DNA of 64,000 nucleotides. Source: Octopus vulgaris (lineage: Eukaryota). Shown piece by piece: positions 1 through 13,639 of this stretch. The notes beneath the pieces are model-generated. The model made no database searches and was not told the origin of the DNA. It saw only the letters and a program-made list of their open reading frames with translations. The translations under genes were made by a program, and so were the position numbers. Every line of letters begins with the position of its first letter. Within the stretch, counting starts at the first letter, position 1. The stretch spans positions 106,454,001 to 106,518,000 of the forward strand of contig OX597818.1 in assembly GCA_951406725.2 (NCBI GenBank), in the 5' to 3' direction.

Positions 1-390
1 AAATGTGAAGACATCCGATGTGGGACATGTGATTTAATAGAACAGGGACCAGCCTATAAATTCAAGAATGGAAAAGAATTAAAGGTGAATGCAAATATGA
101 ACTGTAAAATCAAAAACCTGATATATTGTATCACATGCTCACGATACAATGAACATTATATTGGGGAAACAAAAAGGAAATTAACCAACCGTGTAAATGC
201 ACACAGACATCAAATAAAACATCCTGCACTTAGAACATACCATGTAGCGAGCATTTGGACATCTGTGCACAAGGAAAATTTACAATTTTCCCTCTTCATA
301 AAATAAATGGAAAAAAACAACCTTCTATGGAAAGGCAAAAGAAGAATATTTTATAAGATTTCTGAGTCCAAAACTAAACCAGAAATAGTC
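1..390 (+). mobile_element. Penelope-like retroelement, C-terminal GIY-YIG endonuclease remnant (frameshifted)
   Basis: Frame from base 1 reads KCEDIRCGTC...NMNCKIKNLIYCITCSRYNEHYIGETKRKLTNRVNAHR. This is the Cys-rich linker plus LIY...YIGET..L..R...H GIY-YIG signature of PLEs; after a frameshift it ends FIRFLSPKLN. Confidence 0.85.
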
Positions 391-804
391 AACAACAATT
401 TTACTGAAGACAACTTTCACTATATGTAATAACATGTGCTTGAAAATGTTAAGAACTGAAAGTGCTTGCACATCCATAAAAGCAAAAACTCCCACACATT
501 TTGTGAAATCTCTTCCCAAAGGTTAGTGTCTGTCAACTTTCTAAAAAGGTTCTTTTCTTATTCTTAACTCTTTGAGAAAGAAATCTTCTCCCCAAATATA
601 TATATACCCACACACACAGAAAATATTACCATTGAGTAAGAATAAACATATATAGGAAACGGAGTAAGGAGTTGAGGGCTAGGACCCCCTTTCAGGAAAA
701 GTAAATGTCTTTCATATGCTTATGCTTTTCTTGACAGTAATGCTTTTTGTGTATATATGTAAATGTAAATGTTTTCTCAATTAAAATTGCACTTCATATT
801 TGAA

Positions 805-935
805 GTTTCTGATGAAAATTTAGTGCGATACACAAACACTCAAACATTCAAATGCATTTTATTGTATAACAAAAAATAGCAGCTATAAGCTAATGAAGTT
901 CATGACAATTTCTTATTCTCTTCTCATTTATTCAA
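805..935 (+). mobile_element. Degenerate PLE pseudo-LTR with decayed hammerhead motif
   Basis: CTGATGA at 809-815. CAGCTATAAGCTAATGAAGT (880-899) matches 19/20 the 3' end of the hammerhead on the minus strand at 39645-39723. Lies downstream of the GIY-YIG ORF. Confidence 0.55.
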
Positions 936-1020
936 TTTCTTATTACTGTTCTAAACTTGACTGACACTTTGTTCTGAAGTATGTTGAGTTCTAACATCAG
1001 GAAATTAGTCTTGTTATTTG

Positions 1021-1224
<204 letters not shown>

Positions 1225-1454
1225 AATAATAAAAGAGTGTAACTCTTTCCACAAAATAAGAGAAGGGCTCAATATATTGAGCAAATATCAAAGTTCAAGA
1301 AGGGAGAGAAGACAAATTAGTTTATCATCCTCTTAGTCTGGGTTATACTTATTCAAATTGGGAATACAATCGAATCTATACATATATATATTTTTTATCA
1401 TAATCCCAATATTGGGCAATCACAATACATACGCAGAAAATTGCATCAGCTATA

Positions 1455-2294
1455 TGCACACACTTACAACCTAGTTCCATTCCAACTGACAGGTCGTAAG
1501 TCGATCCGGTCGTATGTCAGATTTATATTTTTTAACACTATTTTCATTCAAATGGGTTACAAAAATAGAAAAACACAAAACTTTAATCTATAATTCTTGT
1601 ACATAATGTGAAAAATACATAATATGGACTCTATGGTATTGTAAACAAAAACCAATTTAAAATTAATGTTTTGTCCATAATCACAAAACTCTTGGAAGGG
1701 ATATCTCTTGCCAGACAATATTCCCAAGCCTGGGGAATGAAGCAGTTTAGGAAACAGTCTTCGAACAGTGCTTGAGTTATTCAAGCTTTATGGTTTGAAC
1801 AGTAGTAAACAGGCAGTGTATGTTCATTGATGCTCTTAAATACATGAGGGGTTTCTGAATGATGGATTAGAAAAGGCTTCAGCTTGAAACGCACAGCATT
1901 ACCACCAAGCAACAAAGTTAACCTTTCCTTAAAAGCTTTGAATCCTGGCATCCTCTTTTTCCCTTCTTGGTGGATGTACAGTCTAAATCAAGAGCCTTTC
2001 TTGACTTCTTAGCTGAAACATCTCTAGAGGAAAGCATTTTATTTTTACCAGTCATTTTAGGGGTATTTCAGATACAATTGTAACAAATGTGCATCCAACT
2101 GATGTTTGAAAGCAACTGAGAGACAAGGGCAGGCAGTGGATGCCTGGGTGTGAGGGGAGGGGCCTGCATAGCTGGATACTGCCATAGTTATCATGGGTGC
2201 AGCTGCCCAATGTCCGAAAACCAACATTTTATTTATTCATTTATTTTGTGTGGTCATAAGTTGTGTTGGTTGTAATTCGAGGAGAAGGTGTGTA
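1455..2294 (-). mobile_element. Tigger/pogo-family DNA transposon, internally deleted and decayed
   Basis: Minus strand about 1980-1670 reads KKRMPGFKAFKERLTLLLGGNAVRFKLKPFLIHHSETPHVFKSINEHTLPVYYCSNHKA*ITQALFEDCFLNCFIP, matching the TIGD1/Tigger DDE region. An N-terminal piece (MTGKNKMLSSRDVSAKKSRKALDLD) is fused just upstream. Ends carry (G)ACTTACRACC/GGTCGTAAGTCG-type subterminal motifs. Confidence 0.85.
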
Positions 2295-3037
2295 CGGACA
2301 CACACAGAACCCATCCCACCACAAAACAAAACAGGAGAGTAGAGAGTTTTGGGTATTATTTGTTTTCTCTGTGAAACATATTTCATTTGATAAATAGATA
2401 GGAAATTTCTTTTTAGAAATTCTTCAGACAAAGAAAAAAGTTATGTCCAGGCAGTGTCAATTTGATGCAGGGATTGAGTTGATGCCCAGCACATACATTT
2501 GACCACTATAAACAAACCACTTGTGCAGGTCGACAAAAGCTGAATACTGACAGATCATCTTTGATGGGGGAGAGTCCATTATCATCATCATCATCATTAT
2601 TATCATTATTATTTTTTTTTTCTCCATCTGAAGAATTTCTTATAGGAAATGTCTTACATGTCTGTCTAAACATGTAAAAGCTTGTAATTTCTATTAGTAT
2701 ATGAAACACATGTAATGGAGAATAAAGAATAACAAAAAATGTCCACTTTCCTGTTTGCCAATAAAATGATATTTCCCTAATTCTCAATTTTAATTTGTAT
2801 CATGACAACATACTGCAGCAACTGAGGCCACATATTGGATTGTAATAATGGAATAAGTAGATGTACCTCAAGAGGGAACAGCTAGAATTTACCTTAACTA
2901 CCTACATTACACACACACACACACGAATGTACGTGTGTGTGTGTATATATATATGTATGTATGCATGTATGTATATATGTATGTGTGTGTGTGTACATAC
3001 ATACATAGACACACACACACACACACACACGTATACA

Positions 3038-3480
3038 TATATATTAATCAATGAAGTTCCACCTAAATCAGATTTTCACACTTTATTATTTGCAATTTTT
3101 ACAATTTCACAATATTCAAATAAACTAGTACTTTCAGGTGTTATGCAATCCTCAGGTTTGTTGTTGTGACAGTCGTGTTCCACAATTGACAACTGTAGTG
3201 AAATGGTTTGATTTACCCTTTAAATACCCTCTGATGGACTCCAGCAGGCTGAGTGATACGAACTATATTTTGACTAATAGTTATGTGGCTTAGATATCAT
3301 GGTTTGGTGAGTGTACCAGCTAAGTTCTAACTGTATTTTGATTAATCAGTATGTGGTTTACACTTCAGAGTTTGGGGAGTACATCAAAGATTCTTTACTT
3401 TCACAGCACCTAAAGGAATAATTGTTTGGCTTTAATTTGGAATGTTGTAAACAACATTCCTGTTTTCATTGAATTCTATC
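3038..3480 (-). mobile_element. PLE pseudo-LTR-like repeat with hammerhead motif (3122-3159)
   Basis: Minus strand: aaac-CTGAGGA-ttgcataacacct-GAAAG-TA-CTA-gttt. The flanking tail (TATATTAATCAATGAAGTTCCA...) is homologous to 33000-33145 in the opposite orientation. Contains a diverged ~67 bp tandem duplication at 3261-3394. Confidence 0.6.
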
Positions 3481-3619
3481 ACTGCTATTCCAGGAATTTT
3501 TACATTTCAATTGAGTCAATGTTCATATATTGATTTCATATATTTTCCTAAACACAATCATAAAACACTTGGATGTATATGTATACACACATACCCACAC
3601 ACACATATTTATATATATA

Positions 3620-3795
3620 TCATCATCATCATCATCGTCATCTTCACCATCATTGTTGTTTAACATCCACCTTTCCATGCTGGCATGGGTGGAACAGTTT
3701 GACAGGAGCCAACCAGGCAGAAGCCTGCACCAGACTTCTGTAACTGTTTTGGCAAGATTTTTACAGCTGGATGCCCTTCCTAACACCAACCAACC
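3620..3795 (-). mobile_element. RTE LINE 3' UTR fragment with (GAT)n tail
   Basis: CATCATCAT...TTTAACATCC...CCATGCTGGCATGGGT...TACAGCTGGATGCCCTTCCTAA; the same sequence is fused to RTE coding sequence at 30940-32010. Confidence 0.8.
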
Positions 3796-3872
3796 AACCA
3801 ACCATCCATCCATCCATCCATCCATCCATCCATACATACATACATACATACGTACATACGTACATACATACA

Positions 3873-3900
<28 letters not shown>

Positions 3901-3903
<3 letters not shown>

Positions 3904-5735
3904 TCTTACCCTTACAATTGAGAACAGAATGATTGTTTCTAATAGTATATGCATTTCAAAGGGAATATTCCAGGGAGATAATCTTTCTGTACTACTTTTC
4001 ATTTTGGCACTAAATCCTTTATCGTTTCTACTGCAGAAAACAAATGGATCTTCAACTGCTAGAAATATCAATGTAACTCATAATTTCTTTGTAGACAACT
4101 TGAAGATTTATGCTAAAAGTGTTAACAATGCCAAAAAACAACTGGAATTAATAACATTTTCAGCTGATATAAGCATGGAATTTGGCCAAAAGAAATGTTC
4201 ATATTTGGTATAAGAATGAGGAAAAGCAGTCCCCCAAACCTAATACCTATGCTTTAACGGTCTCTCTATCTCCCCCATTCCACACAAAGAATGTTACAAG
4301 TACCTAAGCATAGATGAAAATGTATCATATGAAGGCACTGTGAATAAAGATAGAGTGACCCGAGAATATTACACCAGACTTGGGAAAATATAGCAGTCGG
4401 AATTCTCCTCTTACAACAAAACAATATCCCACAATGCATTTGCAGTACCAGTGCTGATCCCAACATTTGGGATATTAGATTGGTCCGTAGAGGAAATCCA
4501 CTCCATAGATATCAAAACCAGCAAAGTCCTGACAATAACTGGGAACTTCCACAGAAACAGTGATGTTGACAGGCTCAACCTAAGTAGAAATGAAGGTGGT
4601 AGAGCCCTGAGATCAGTTCTGACGGTCTTCATATGGTATCATTCAAGCAGCACCTGCTAAACAACAGCAGCAAAAATGAACATATTAATGTATTGCTGAA
4701 AGGTGCAGTCAGCAACATTGAACAAGTTGGCAGTGAACCACTCAAGAAACACTCACTTTCTGATGATCTCCTATACAGACCCCTAAAAGCTAGGCTCTCT
4801 TACCCCAGAGAAGACCTGGATGGAAAGCACTCAGCATACCAAAAGAGAGTATGCATGGGTATGTTGCCTGGGAGTTTGAAGAAGACAATAGAATTGACAT
4901 GAAATGCACCCTCTCTTGGACACAAGGCCACTACATCACATCACACTTTGAAGGCTGTGCATTTGCAATCCAGGAACAGGAAATTGCTACAAAGTACCTG
5001 GTGAACAAGAGAGACAATGATGCTCTTGCAGTCCCAAGGTGCAACCACACGCGTAGGCTATATCATGTTTCTGTGGAAGACATTACGCATGTGATTAGCA
5101 GCTGTCCTAAAATGTCATCATGGTTCTACTTCCCTATGCAGTACGATGTTGTTGCTAAAACAATTTACAATGGCATCCGCAAGAAAGACTATCCTGAAAT
5201 AAACTTAGAAAATCCCTCTGTTACAGAATATATTCATAAACACCAACTCAAGGGATACTGGTGGAATATTCCCAACCAAACATCTGTCACATGTAAGTAT
5301 AACGGGCCAGATATTGTTGTTTGAGACAGTGGCGCAAAGGTATGTACTATCATAGAGATTAGCTGCCCTGCAGATATAAATATCTCTTTGAAAACCAAAG
5401 AAAAAGAGGATATCTATGGACAACTGCTTCGAAACCTCCAGCTTCTTTATCCAAACTATGAATTTATATTCATACCAATAATAATTGGAGCATTAGGTTT
5501 TGTTAGTAAATGCTTAAAGGAGAATCTGGAATAAACTGGGATTTTCAGAAAGAGAACTCAACCGGCTAATTCGTACATTACAAGTGCAATCTATGAGTGG
5601 AATAGTAAAAATATGCAAGACTTTTTTCAAGTTCTGAATGTGAATTTGTCTATGTTAACTACATCCCAAAGATGGAGCCTTGTATCTTTGCTGGAAACCG
5701 GCTCCCACCTCAGTGTAAGATTTATAATAATTAAA
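3901..5735 (+). mobile_element. R4/Dong-type non-LTR retrotransposon (RT-CCHC-RLE), 5'-truncated, decayed
   Basis: GIFQGDNLSVLLFILALNPLS, HNFFVDNLKIY, MEFGQKKC, FAIQEQEIATK, EDITHVISSC, GPDIVV...IEISCP and IPIIIGALG motifs with stops and frameshifts. Confidence 0.9.
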
Positions 5736-5789
5736 AAAAATAGAAAAGACATACATGCATACCAGCAAGCTCCCAATGAGAATAGTAGT

Positions 5790-7912
5790 ATACCATACTG
5801 GTTAGCTCCGGAAGAGACAAAACTGATCCCTAAATGCAGAACCACCCACATGTCAAAAAACTACCGGCTAATTGCATGCCAGAACTTAATGTATCAAGTA
5901 TAGTGAGAATGCTTGAACCTCTTCCTCCGAGACCATTGTGACAGCAATAACATCATCACAGCAGAACAAGCAGCTGGGAAGAAGGGAGGCTGGGGATGTG
6001 CCGAGTAATTGTTAAAAAACAAAACAGTAATGTCAGAGGCGCAGGCGTATAGAAGGAACCTAGTTTCGATGAGGCTGGACTACAAGAAAGCCTTTGATTC
6101 TGTCTGTCGCTTGTGGATGCTAGAAGCTCTTTGACTTGCTAAAGTTCCCATGAGCATAGTCAAAGTTATAACTGACCTGACTTTATTGTGGGCCACCATC
6201 TTGAAATTTAACACAAAGAATGACTGTATTATCACTGACAGAATACAGTATCACAGAAGCATATTCTCAGGAAACAGCCTTTCTGTGATGTTATTTATAC
6301 TTTCTGTAAGCCTCTCATTATTCATGTTAAGAAATTCTGAAGGATATTTCACTGGTTCACAAGGCAACAGAAATACCAAAATTACACACACAGCTTCTTT
6401 GTGGATGACTTTAAAATATATGCAATGAATATGCACAAGATGAAAAAGAGCCTTGATCTAATTACAACATTCTCAAAGGATGTAGGACTGGAGTCTGGTC
6501 AGAACAAATGTTTCTACATGGTTGTGAAGAGAGGGCAAACTGTAAATCAGACTAGCAACATCTCCATCATCAATGATTTGACTGTTTCCCCTATATCTGA
6601 TGTGGAATGTTACAGGTATCTAGGGGTGGATGAAACTATATCTTACAATGGCACCTGTAACAAAACACGTGTCACTAAAAGAATGTTACAGCCAAATAAA
6701 GGAAATTTTGATCTTAGAACTCTTTGCATTTAATAAAACTGTGGCCCACAATGTGTTTGCAGTGCCAGTACTCATACCAACATTTTAGCTGCTTGATTGA
6801 ACGCTTGATGAGATCTGAGCCGTCAATGGCTCAGATCTCATCAAGTGTCCAATTCAGGCCCAAAAAAGTCACTCAACTCTACAGCAATGTATCATCAGCT
6901 GAAAGGATGAGCATATATGGGCAGAAGACCATGCATGGATTTGTTAGTAGAAAACTCAGAGATGACAGTAACATTGTTCATCAAAGCAGCCTATCACAGA
7001 CCAACAACTGGATTACTACCTTCCACTTCAAAGGCTATGCGTTTGCATCCAGGAACACACAATATCAACCAAATACCTGATGTGCAAAAGGGATAGAGAT
7101 TCAGGAAAAGCAGTAAAATGTGACAAATGATGCAGACTTTGTGGAGTTAAAAACCGAAGATATCACCCACATCATAAGCAGTTGTCTGAAAATGTCATCA
7201 TGGTATTATCTACCGATGAGACATGATGCTGTGGCTAGGACACAGTATAATGAGATCAGTCAAAAGGACAACCACAAGGACAAAGAAATAAGAAACCATA
7301 GTGTGGTGGAAACCATAGACACTCATAATAAAAAAGAGTACTGGTGGAATGTCCCAGTGAAGACCTCAATAAAACACAACAGATCTGATATAATGATTTG
7401 CAATAGAGAAGAGAAACTGTATATTTGTGGAAATCAGCTGCTCAGTGGACGTTAACATAAAGCTAAAGATTAGTGAGAAAGAAAATACCTATACTGAACT
7501 ACTGAGAAATTTGCAGTTACTCTATCCAGATTGCAAATTCAGGTTTATACCTGTAATTATTGGGGCACTGGGATATGTACCACACTGCCTAAATACAAAT
7601 ATCAAGAAATTAGGCTTCTAAAAGAAGAAAGGAGAAAGCTGATTCGAAGACAACAGATTCAAGCCATCACTGGAATTGTAAGAATCTGTAAAACTTTCCA
7701 GAAGTTTATCATTTGAGTATATATGAGCATGTCTAGATATGCAAGTACATAAATACATACATAAAACAAAACATACAAATCTGCACGTATACATACATAC
7801 AAAAATACCCTGTTGTTGATGTTGAAATTCCAATGAAGGGAGCTTGGATCCAGTTAAGAAACTGGCCCTTTCTCTATTGGCAAGAAATCTAGAAATAAAA
7901 CTGAATAACTAC
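5790..7912 (+). mobile_element. R4/Dong-type non-LTR retrotransposon, 5'-truncated, decayed, with 3' UTR
   Basis: KNYRLIACQNLMY, LDYKKAFDSV, MDDFKIY, YRYLGV, EDITHIISSC..RHD, EISCSVD..K and IPVIIGALG motifs; 3' UTR ends AATAAAACTGAATAA. Confidence 0.9.
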
Positions 7913-8289
7913 TGACTAAATCACACACACACACACACACACATACATACATACATACATACATACATATGTGTGTGCGTGTGTGTGTATACGTATTCTC
8001 TCAAATGCTGGGGCAACTCCATAGAAATAACCAATAGGTTTTGTTTTATAGGTAATGGGTGATGGAAACAGTAGAAAGTGTTCATCGAATTGAAGAAGAT
8101 CTTTGATGGGAAGCCGTGTAACGTAGTGGTTGTTCAGAAAAGTAGGTGTTGATAGTGTATGGTATTGCATAGCAGTAAAACATAGGGGTACAGAATGCAT
8201 CAGGCATGCAAAGATTGGAAAGAAAGGAGTCGAGTGCAGTCTAAGATGTGTAATGTTAGTATCGTTGAACAGTGGAACTGGAAAAAAAA

Positions 8290-8545
8290 TTAGTATAAAT
8301 TAAATGCTGTGTACATGAAAAACGACTAATCTGGTTGGGCTAGGAGCTATCAAAAAAATCCATGTAGAGGGAATGTGCAAAAGAAGCAGATGGCAAAAGA
8401 TATGGTGAAGAATAGTGAAAGCTGATCTCAGCAGGTTGAAACTCATGAAAGAAGTCATGAAGAACTGCAGTAAGTGATGAGACAAAGCTTTAAAGAAAAC
8501 CATGTAACTCATACTAGAATGGGAAAATGGTCATAAAATGAGAAG
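8290..8545 (+). mobile_element. Old RTE LINE 3' coding/UTR fragment
   Basis: Reads VEGMCKRSRWQKIW*RIVKADLSRLKL, a decayed version of VEGTRGRGRPRKTWDEVVKHDL. Confidence 0.55.
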
Positions 8546-8546
8546 G

Positions 8547-8590
<44 letters not shown>

Positions 8591-8686
8591 ATTCATCCAT
8601 CCATCTGTATGTATGTATACACACACATACAAAGATTTACATACATACATATGTGTATGTGTGTGTATAAGTTTTGGGTAATTTAA

Positions 8687-8908
8687 CCCTTTAGCATTTA
8701 AACCGGCCATATCCGGCCAAATGTATTCTGCCTGTTTTATGTTCAAACAGGCCAGATCTGGTCTCTCACACCAACCCTACAATATTGTTTGAAAAATGAA
8801 CAGCTACCTCATCAAAATCTCATAGCTACAAGATTAATGAATGATTAGTTCAAAACAATGTGGATAAAAGAGCATTAATTTTGGCAGAATAATGTGAACA
8901 CTAAAGGG
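8687..8908. mobile_element. piggyBac-type MITE
   Basis: TTAA target duplication at 8683-8686 and 8909-8912; terminal inverted repeats CCCTTTAGCATT / AACACTAAAGGG. Confidence 0.8.
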
Positions 8909-9045
8909 TTAATGCCCATTTTTTCATGCAAGCATGAATCTTGACCAGCAGTTGTTATTCGTTGAAGGATTTTACAGTTAAGGGTTTCTCCTGTCTCCAG
9001 CCCTTACATGTTTTCAAGAAATAGATTCTTATTTCAGACATTTAT

Positions 9046-9085
<40 letters not shown>

Positions 9086-9099
9086 GCATATATATGTGC

Positions 9100-9272
9100 C
9101 TGGCACCTGTGCTGGTGGCACGTAAAAAGTACCCACTACACTTACGGAGTGGTTGGCGTTAGGAAAGGCATCCAGCTGTAGAAACACTGCCAGATCAGAC
9201 TGGAGCCTGGTGCAGCCTTCTGGCTTCCCAGACCCCGGTCCAACCCATGCTAGCATGGAAAACGGACGTTAA

Positions 9273-9305
<33 letters not shown>
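9100..9305 (+). mobile_element. RTE LINE 3' UTR fragment with (GAT)n tail
   Basis: TGGCACGTAAAAAG...GTGGTTGGCGTTAGGAAAGGCATCCAGCTGTAGAAAC...CCATGCTAGCATGGAAAACGGACGTTAAATGATGATG. Confidence 0.9.
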
Positions 9306-9307
<2 letters not shown>

Positions 9308-9338
9308 ATACTGTTAACACACACACACACAGAAAGAG

Positions 9339-9376
<38 letters not shown>

Positions 9377-10499
9377 GCATACCTACATGCACACATCTGT
9401 AGGTATGAACACATATAACTTGCACGTCCATAAAAGACACAACAGATACATATATGAGCAGGTATTTATAGCTATATACACAGTGCATGACTGAATACAA
9501 AGAAAGTCTTCTTAACCAGTTCCACAGATCTTCAAAGAATATACTTGTAGCTGACATCAATGAAACTATCTCTATGGTTCCTCTGCTTCCTGTTACAATT
9601 CCCAATGCTGTGATAAAAGGAAATTCCAATAGCGAAACTTGTTCCATTATTAAACTCAACTTTCTGCTATTAATGCAGGATTTGATCTTAAAAAGAAAAC
9701 CTCATGAGTTAAAAGAAAAAACCCTGCAGCAGTAAAATTACTCAATTATTATTTCCTCAAAGTATTTTTGACATTAATTCATGAAATGAAAAAATAAAGC
9801 ATTGACCAAAGAGAACAAACCCATCACTGTGAAGCCCCTTGGGCACCTGACTGTTTTGGGCTTTTGTTGTACGAACATTATCATAATCAATTTATTCAGT
9901 GTTTTCTTTCCATTTCAGGTCTGTCCTTACAACTGACAGTTTAAAATGTCAAACACATCTCATATCTAGAGATTTCATTAATTCTAGGTTTGCTACATGT
10001 TAAACCTTAAATGGCATGGAAAATATTTTAACCAACAATTACAGATTCAATATTTAATTTACAATAGAAATTGCAAGTATATAATATTTTTTTATGAAAA
10101 ACCTGATTAGTTTTCAGGAGTAGAAGACAAGCAATTTATTATATACATCTAATCTATGTGAGCGAGAAGCACTGAGGTTTTATTTAGAAATGGAAAAGTA
10201 AATTTAAAATAATATTCTCAATGGAGGTCACAAATCTAAAGGAGAAGTCAAATGGTTATTTTCTTCATTTTGTTTATTCTTGTACAGTTTTTCTAATTTG
10301 GTTATTTCGCCATGTTAGCTTGGGTGGGAGGAATATTTTCTCAAAACTGGATTTTTATAAATCATTAAAAAATTTCACTTTTAGACTTTTTATATACAAC
10401 TGGCAATGCACCTTAGTGTTGCTTGGGTATTAAGATCTACAGCCACATTGTATTATTTGTTCCTTTCTTGAGGGTATAATAAGCACCTGAGGAGTATGA

Positions 10500-10697
10500 A
10501 GCAAACATCTCTTCTTTATAAACATGCTTTCTGGTCATTTTCTGCAGTTTCCATCTACCAAATTCAGTCACAAGTGTGTGGTTGGCCTAGGGTTATAGTA
10601 GAAAACACTTGCCCAAGGTACCATGCAAAGGGACTGAACATGGACCCATATGGTTGGGAAGCAAACTTCTCAACCATACAGTCATTCTTGCACCTAA
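10500..10697 (-). mobile_element. tRNA-derived SINE (decayed)
   Basis: Minus strand has A-box-like TGACTGTATGG, B-box-like GTTCAGTCCC, then ACCTTGGGCAAGTG (CORE-like). Confidence 0.6.
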
Positions 10698-11130
10698 TGT
10701 GTGTGTGTGTGTGTGTGTGTGCTTACATTTGTTGTTATATCAAGCATTGCGTCCCACTGTGTCTCAAAGTTAGCAGTTCATCAAGCAGCGATCTATAAAA
10801 TAAATGCCAGATTGAAATGCATTCTGAGGTTAATATAATCAATTAAATTTTTGAAGGTAATACTTTATCATGGCGACAGTTGAAAGACTAAACCCAGTAA
10901 AATAATGTTTGAAGACGTAATGGCTTCAAATTTAGCCACAAGACAAGGAGTTCAAAACTTTGCATTGAACTTCTATTCTATATGATAACAGTATATGTAC
11001 ATCTCAGTCTACTTGACTTCCAGCAATTAAGAATTGTAATTTGAAGTTGAATGGTTAGTTAGAAAGATGTCCAGATTCCTTAAAAAACTATTGTGCAAAA
11101 TATTCTGACAAAAAAATTTTTTTTCACCAC

Positions 11131-11133
<3 letters not shown>

Positions 11134-11208
<75 letters not shown>
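11134..11208. repeat. (CA)n microsatellite
   Basis: Pure CA run. Confidence 0.95.
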
Positions 11209-11211
<3 letters not shown>

Positions 11212-13639
11212 GTGTGTCTGTGGTAACTTGAGCTACTACAAATAGCAGCCAAATCTCTCTTAAAACATCCTTTCAGCGAAAGAAAGACAGATTTACAGTA
11301 TTTCAGGAAGACAAAAACAACAACAAAAAAACAACATAAAACTATGCGATGGGTCTGCTACATCACAGGTAACTCTGACCTAAACAAAACACAGACAAAC
11401 ATACTTCACATTAAAAGATTATCTACGAAATAGTATTGATAAAGCTGACGGTATGTCTTCAAAGTTTTATTACCTGGTAAAATTCCAAGTATTTTAAACA
11501 TTTTCTCATTATGCTCCATGTAAGACATAGCCAAAGACCTCATGATTGTGCAATCCAGCCTTGTTTACGAGGTTATTTTTGTAGTAAAAAAGAGTTGTGC
11601 AAAAAATGTACTTTATTTGGTAGCCAAAAGATTACTGAATCTTTTGATACTGTATATGTCAAAATTGGCAAATCAGTTTTTGTATCCATAAAGAACACAC
11701 ACAATCTCTGTTTTATATATAAGATTACACAAATGGGAAGTAAAAGTAGAAGTTTTGTTAGTCAGGCAGATTACTATTTCACATAGCCACATAGCTCATT
11801 GGGTAAGCTAAAGCTTGAGCTCATGGCTATACCTTTTCTCAATAGAATTTAATCAATTTTGGTGAATGAAACAAGACTATGTACATTATTTGGTCACATT
11901 AGACATTGGTGGACGTTCCAGTGGTTGGAATAAAAGTTTTCTTAATTAAACAACAATCAAATTCTGGAACATGTTAAGCCTCACTGGACTAGGATACATA
12001 TGTTATGGTGTGGTGATGGGGCAGTTAGCCATCTTTTGTACATGACCTCAAGTTGTATGCTATAGATAATAAACAACTAGAAACACTGCTGCAGATAATA
12101 CAAAATTTACTAAAAGAATTTATATCAGAATTGGTTAAGAAAAATTTGCCACAAGAACTTTGAGGATGGGAAAAATTAATGAAGAGCTCTAAAATTATGA
12201 ACAATCAATAAAGAAACAAAATTAAATGATTACACGAAACAAAGATTTCCGTATACTTAAGAATCACTGAACCAGATGCACACGAATGAAAGATAAGACT
12301 AAGAAAGACTAGGGCGGGGTGGGGCAGGGTGAGAAAATTTTACTGCATTTTTGACTTTGTGAGAAAATATGGTTTACAAGTGTTCCCTACTTTTCAAAAA
12401 CTATATCAGCTGAGCAAATGACCGTCTTTTAATGTGTTAAAAATACTCTAACATATTTAGAACACTATTTCAAGAAACCATCTCCATTCTCTGAGCATAT
12501 AAAAGACAAATTTAGCTGGGTCAAAGCAAGTAAGCCAAAAGACGGTAAACTTGCCTCTTGTCTATTTGAAAACACTCATTACACATCAATATCCATCCTT
12601 AGATATCAAAAATATCACAAATACAACAAATATATCTGGGTCAAATGAAAGAGGAGGATGGAAAAATGGCACCCAATATGAAACTCAACACAAGATATTC
12701 TCTATAGTCTCTTTATGATCTGCTGCAGTGGCTCTTTTCCTGATACATTTATGCAATTAAGGAGAAGAAATTATTGAAGTTAAGGAGAAGAAATTATTGA
12801 AATTAATCATTACTTATTTTACCACCTTTTTTTTGTCATCATGTTTTGAAAATTGAAAATTATCAAATTAGACATTAGTGTAGAAAAAAATTGATTTGGA
12901 ATCCAACAGAGGACAGGATAGTGATTGTTGAATACCAAAAATTACCCAGATATTGTTTAGCATCCTCAATTACAATTGGGCTGAAGCTGGAGAAAATTCT
13001 TTTGGTAAAAGAGAACCTGACACTTGACTATGTTTTGGACTTCCTCAGCTTCAGCAACAGTAGAAAATAACGATGCAATACTTGCAATGTAAAGATTTCA
13101 AACAAAGTAAAAATAACAGGAAATCAATAATTACTCATTTTGCCCCAGTTACTTGTTTTGTTCTCCTCTCTTCTAAAAACATGAAATTTGAACAAAGAGA
13201 ATGCAGAAGAAGATAAAGGGCATCAACAAACAAGCTGTCCTAGTAATAAACTGTATTCGTAACTGAATGCTAAAGAAACCAGACAAATCAAAGCAAAAGA
13301 GAAACTGCATTTACAATGGATAATCCAAAATTTGATAAATATATTGGTCACACACACAAGGAAGACAGAGCCTTATGCAACTACGAAGAAACAACAACCC
13401 ATAATAAATTATCCACTTTTATAAACGATTAGAAATATTTAGTAAAGAATAAAAGCAAACTAATAAGAATTATGAGACATGAACAAAACAGCTCAACTCT
13501 ATTTTTGTTTTCCAAGGAAGACAACAAAATACAAAACAGAGAAAGAAATGAAAGATAATTGGGAGGAGAAAGGTTGGGGGTGGGGGTGAAAATGTTAAAA
13601 TCTAAACTAAAAATGGGAATTTCAGAATTTTAAAAGTAG

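Noticed and set aside
7830-7880. SECIS or hammerhead in the R4 3' UTR (ATGAAGG...GAAAC)
   Set aside because: Lacks the 3' GA of the SECIS quartet and the CUGANGA core; better explained as a plain stem-loop.
12757-12801. 22 bp direct repeat (similar short one at 56445-56488)
   Set aside because: Ordinary local slippage duplications.
12860-13060. Possible Ty3/Gypsy gag relic (DRIVI...LTLD)
   Set aside because: Only a few residues across frameshifts; not supportable.
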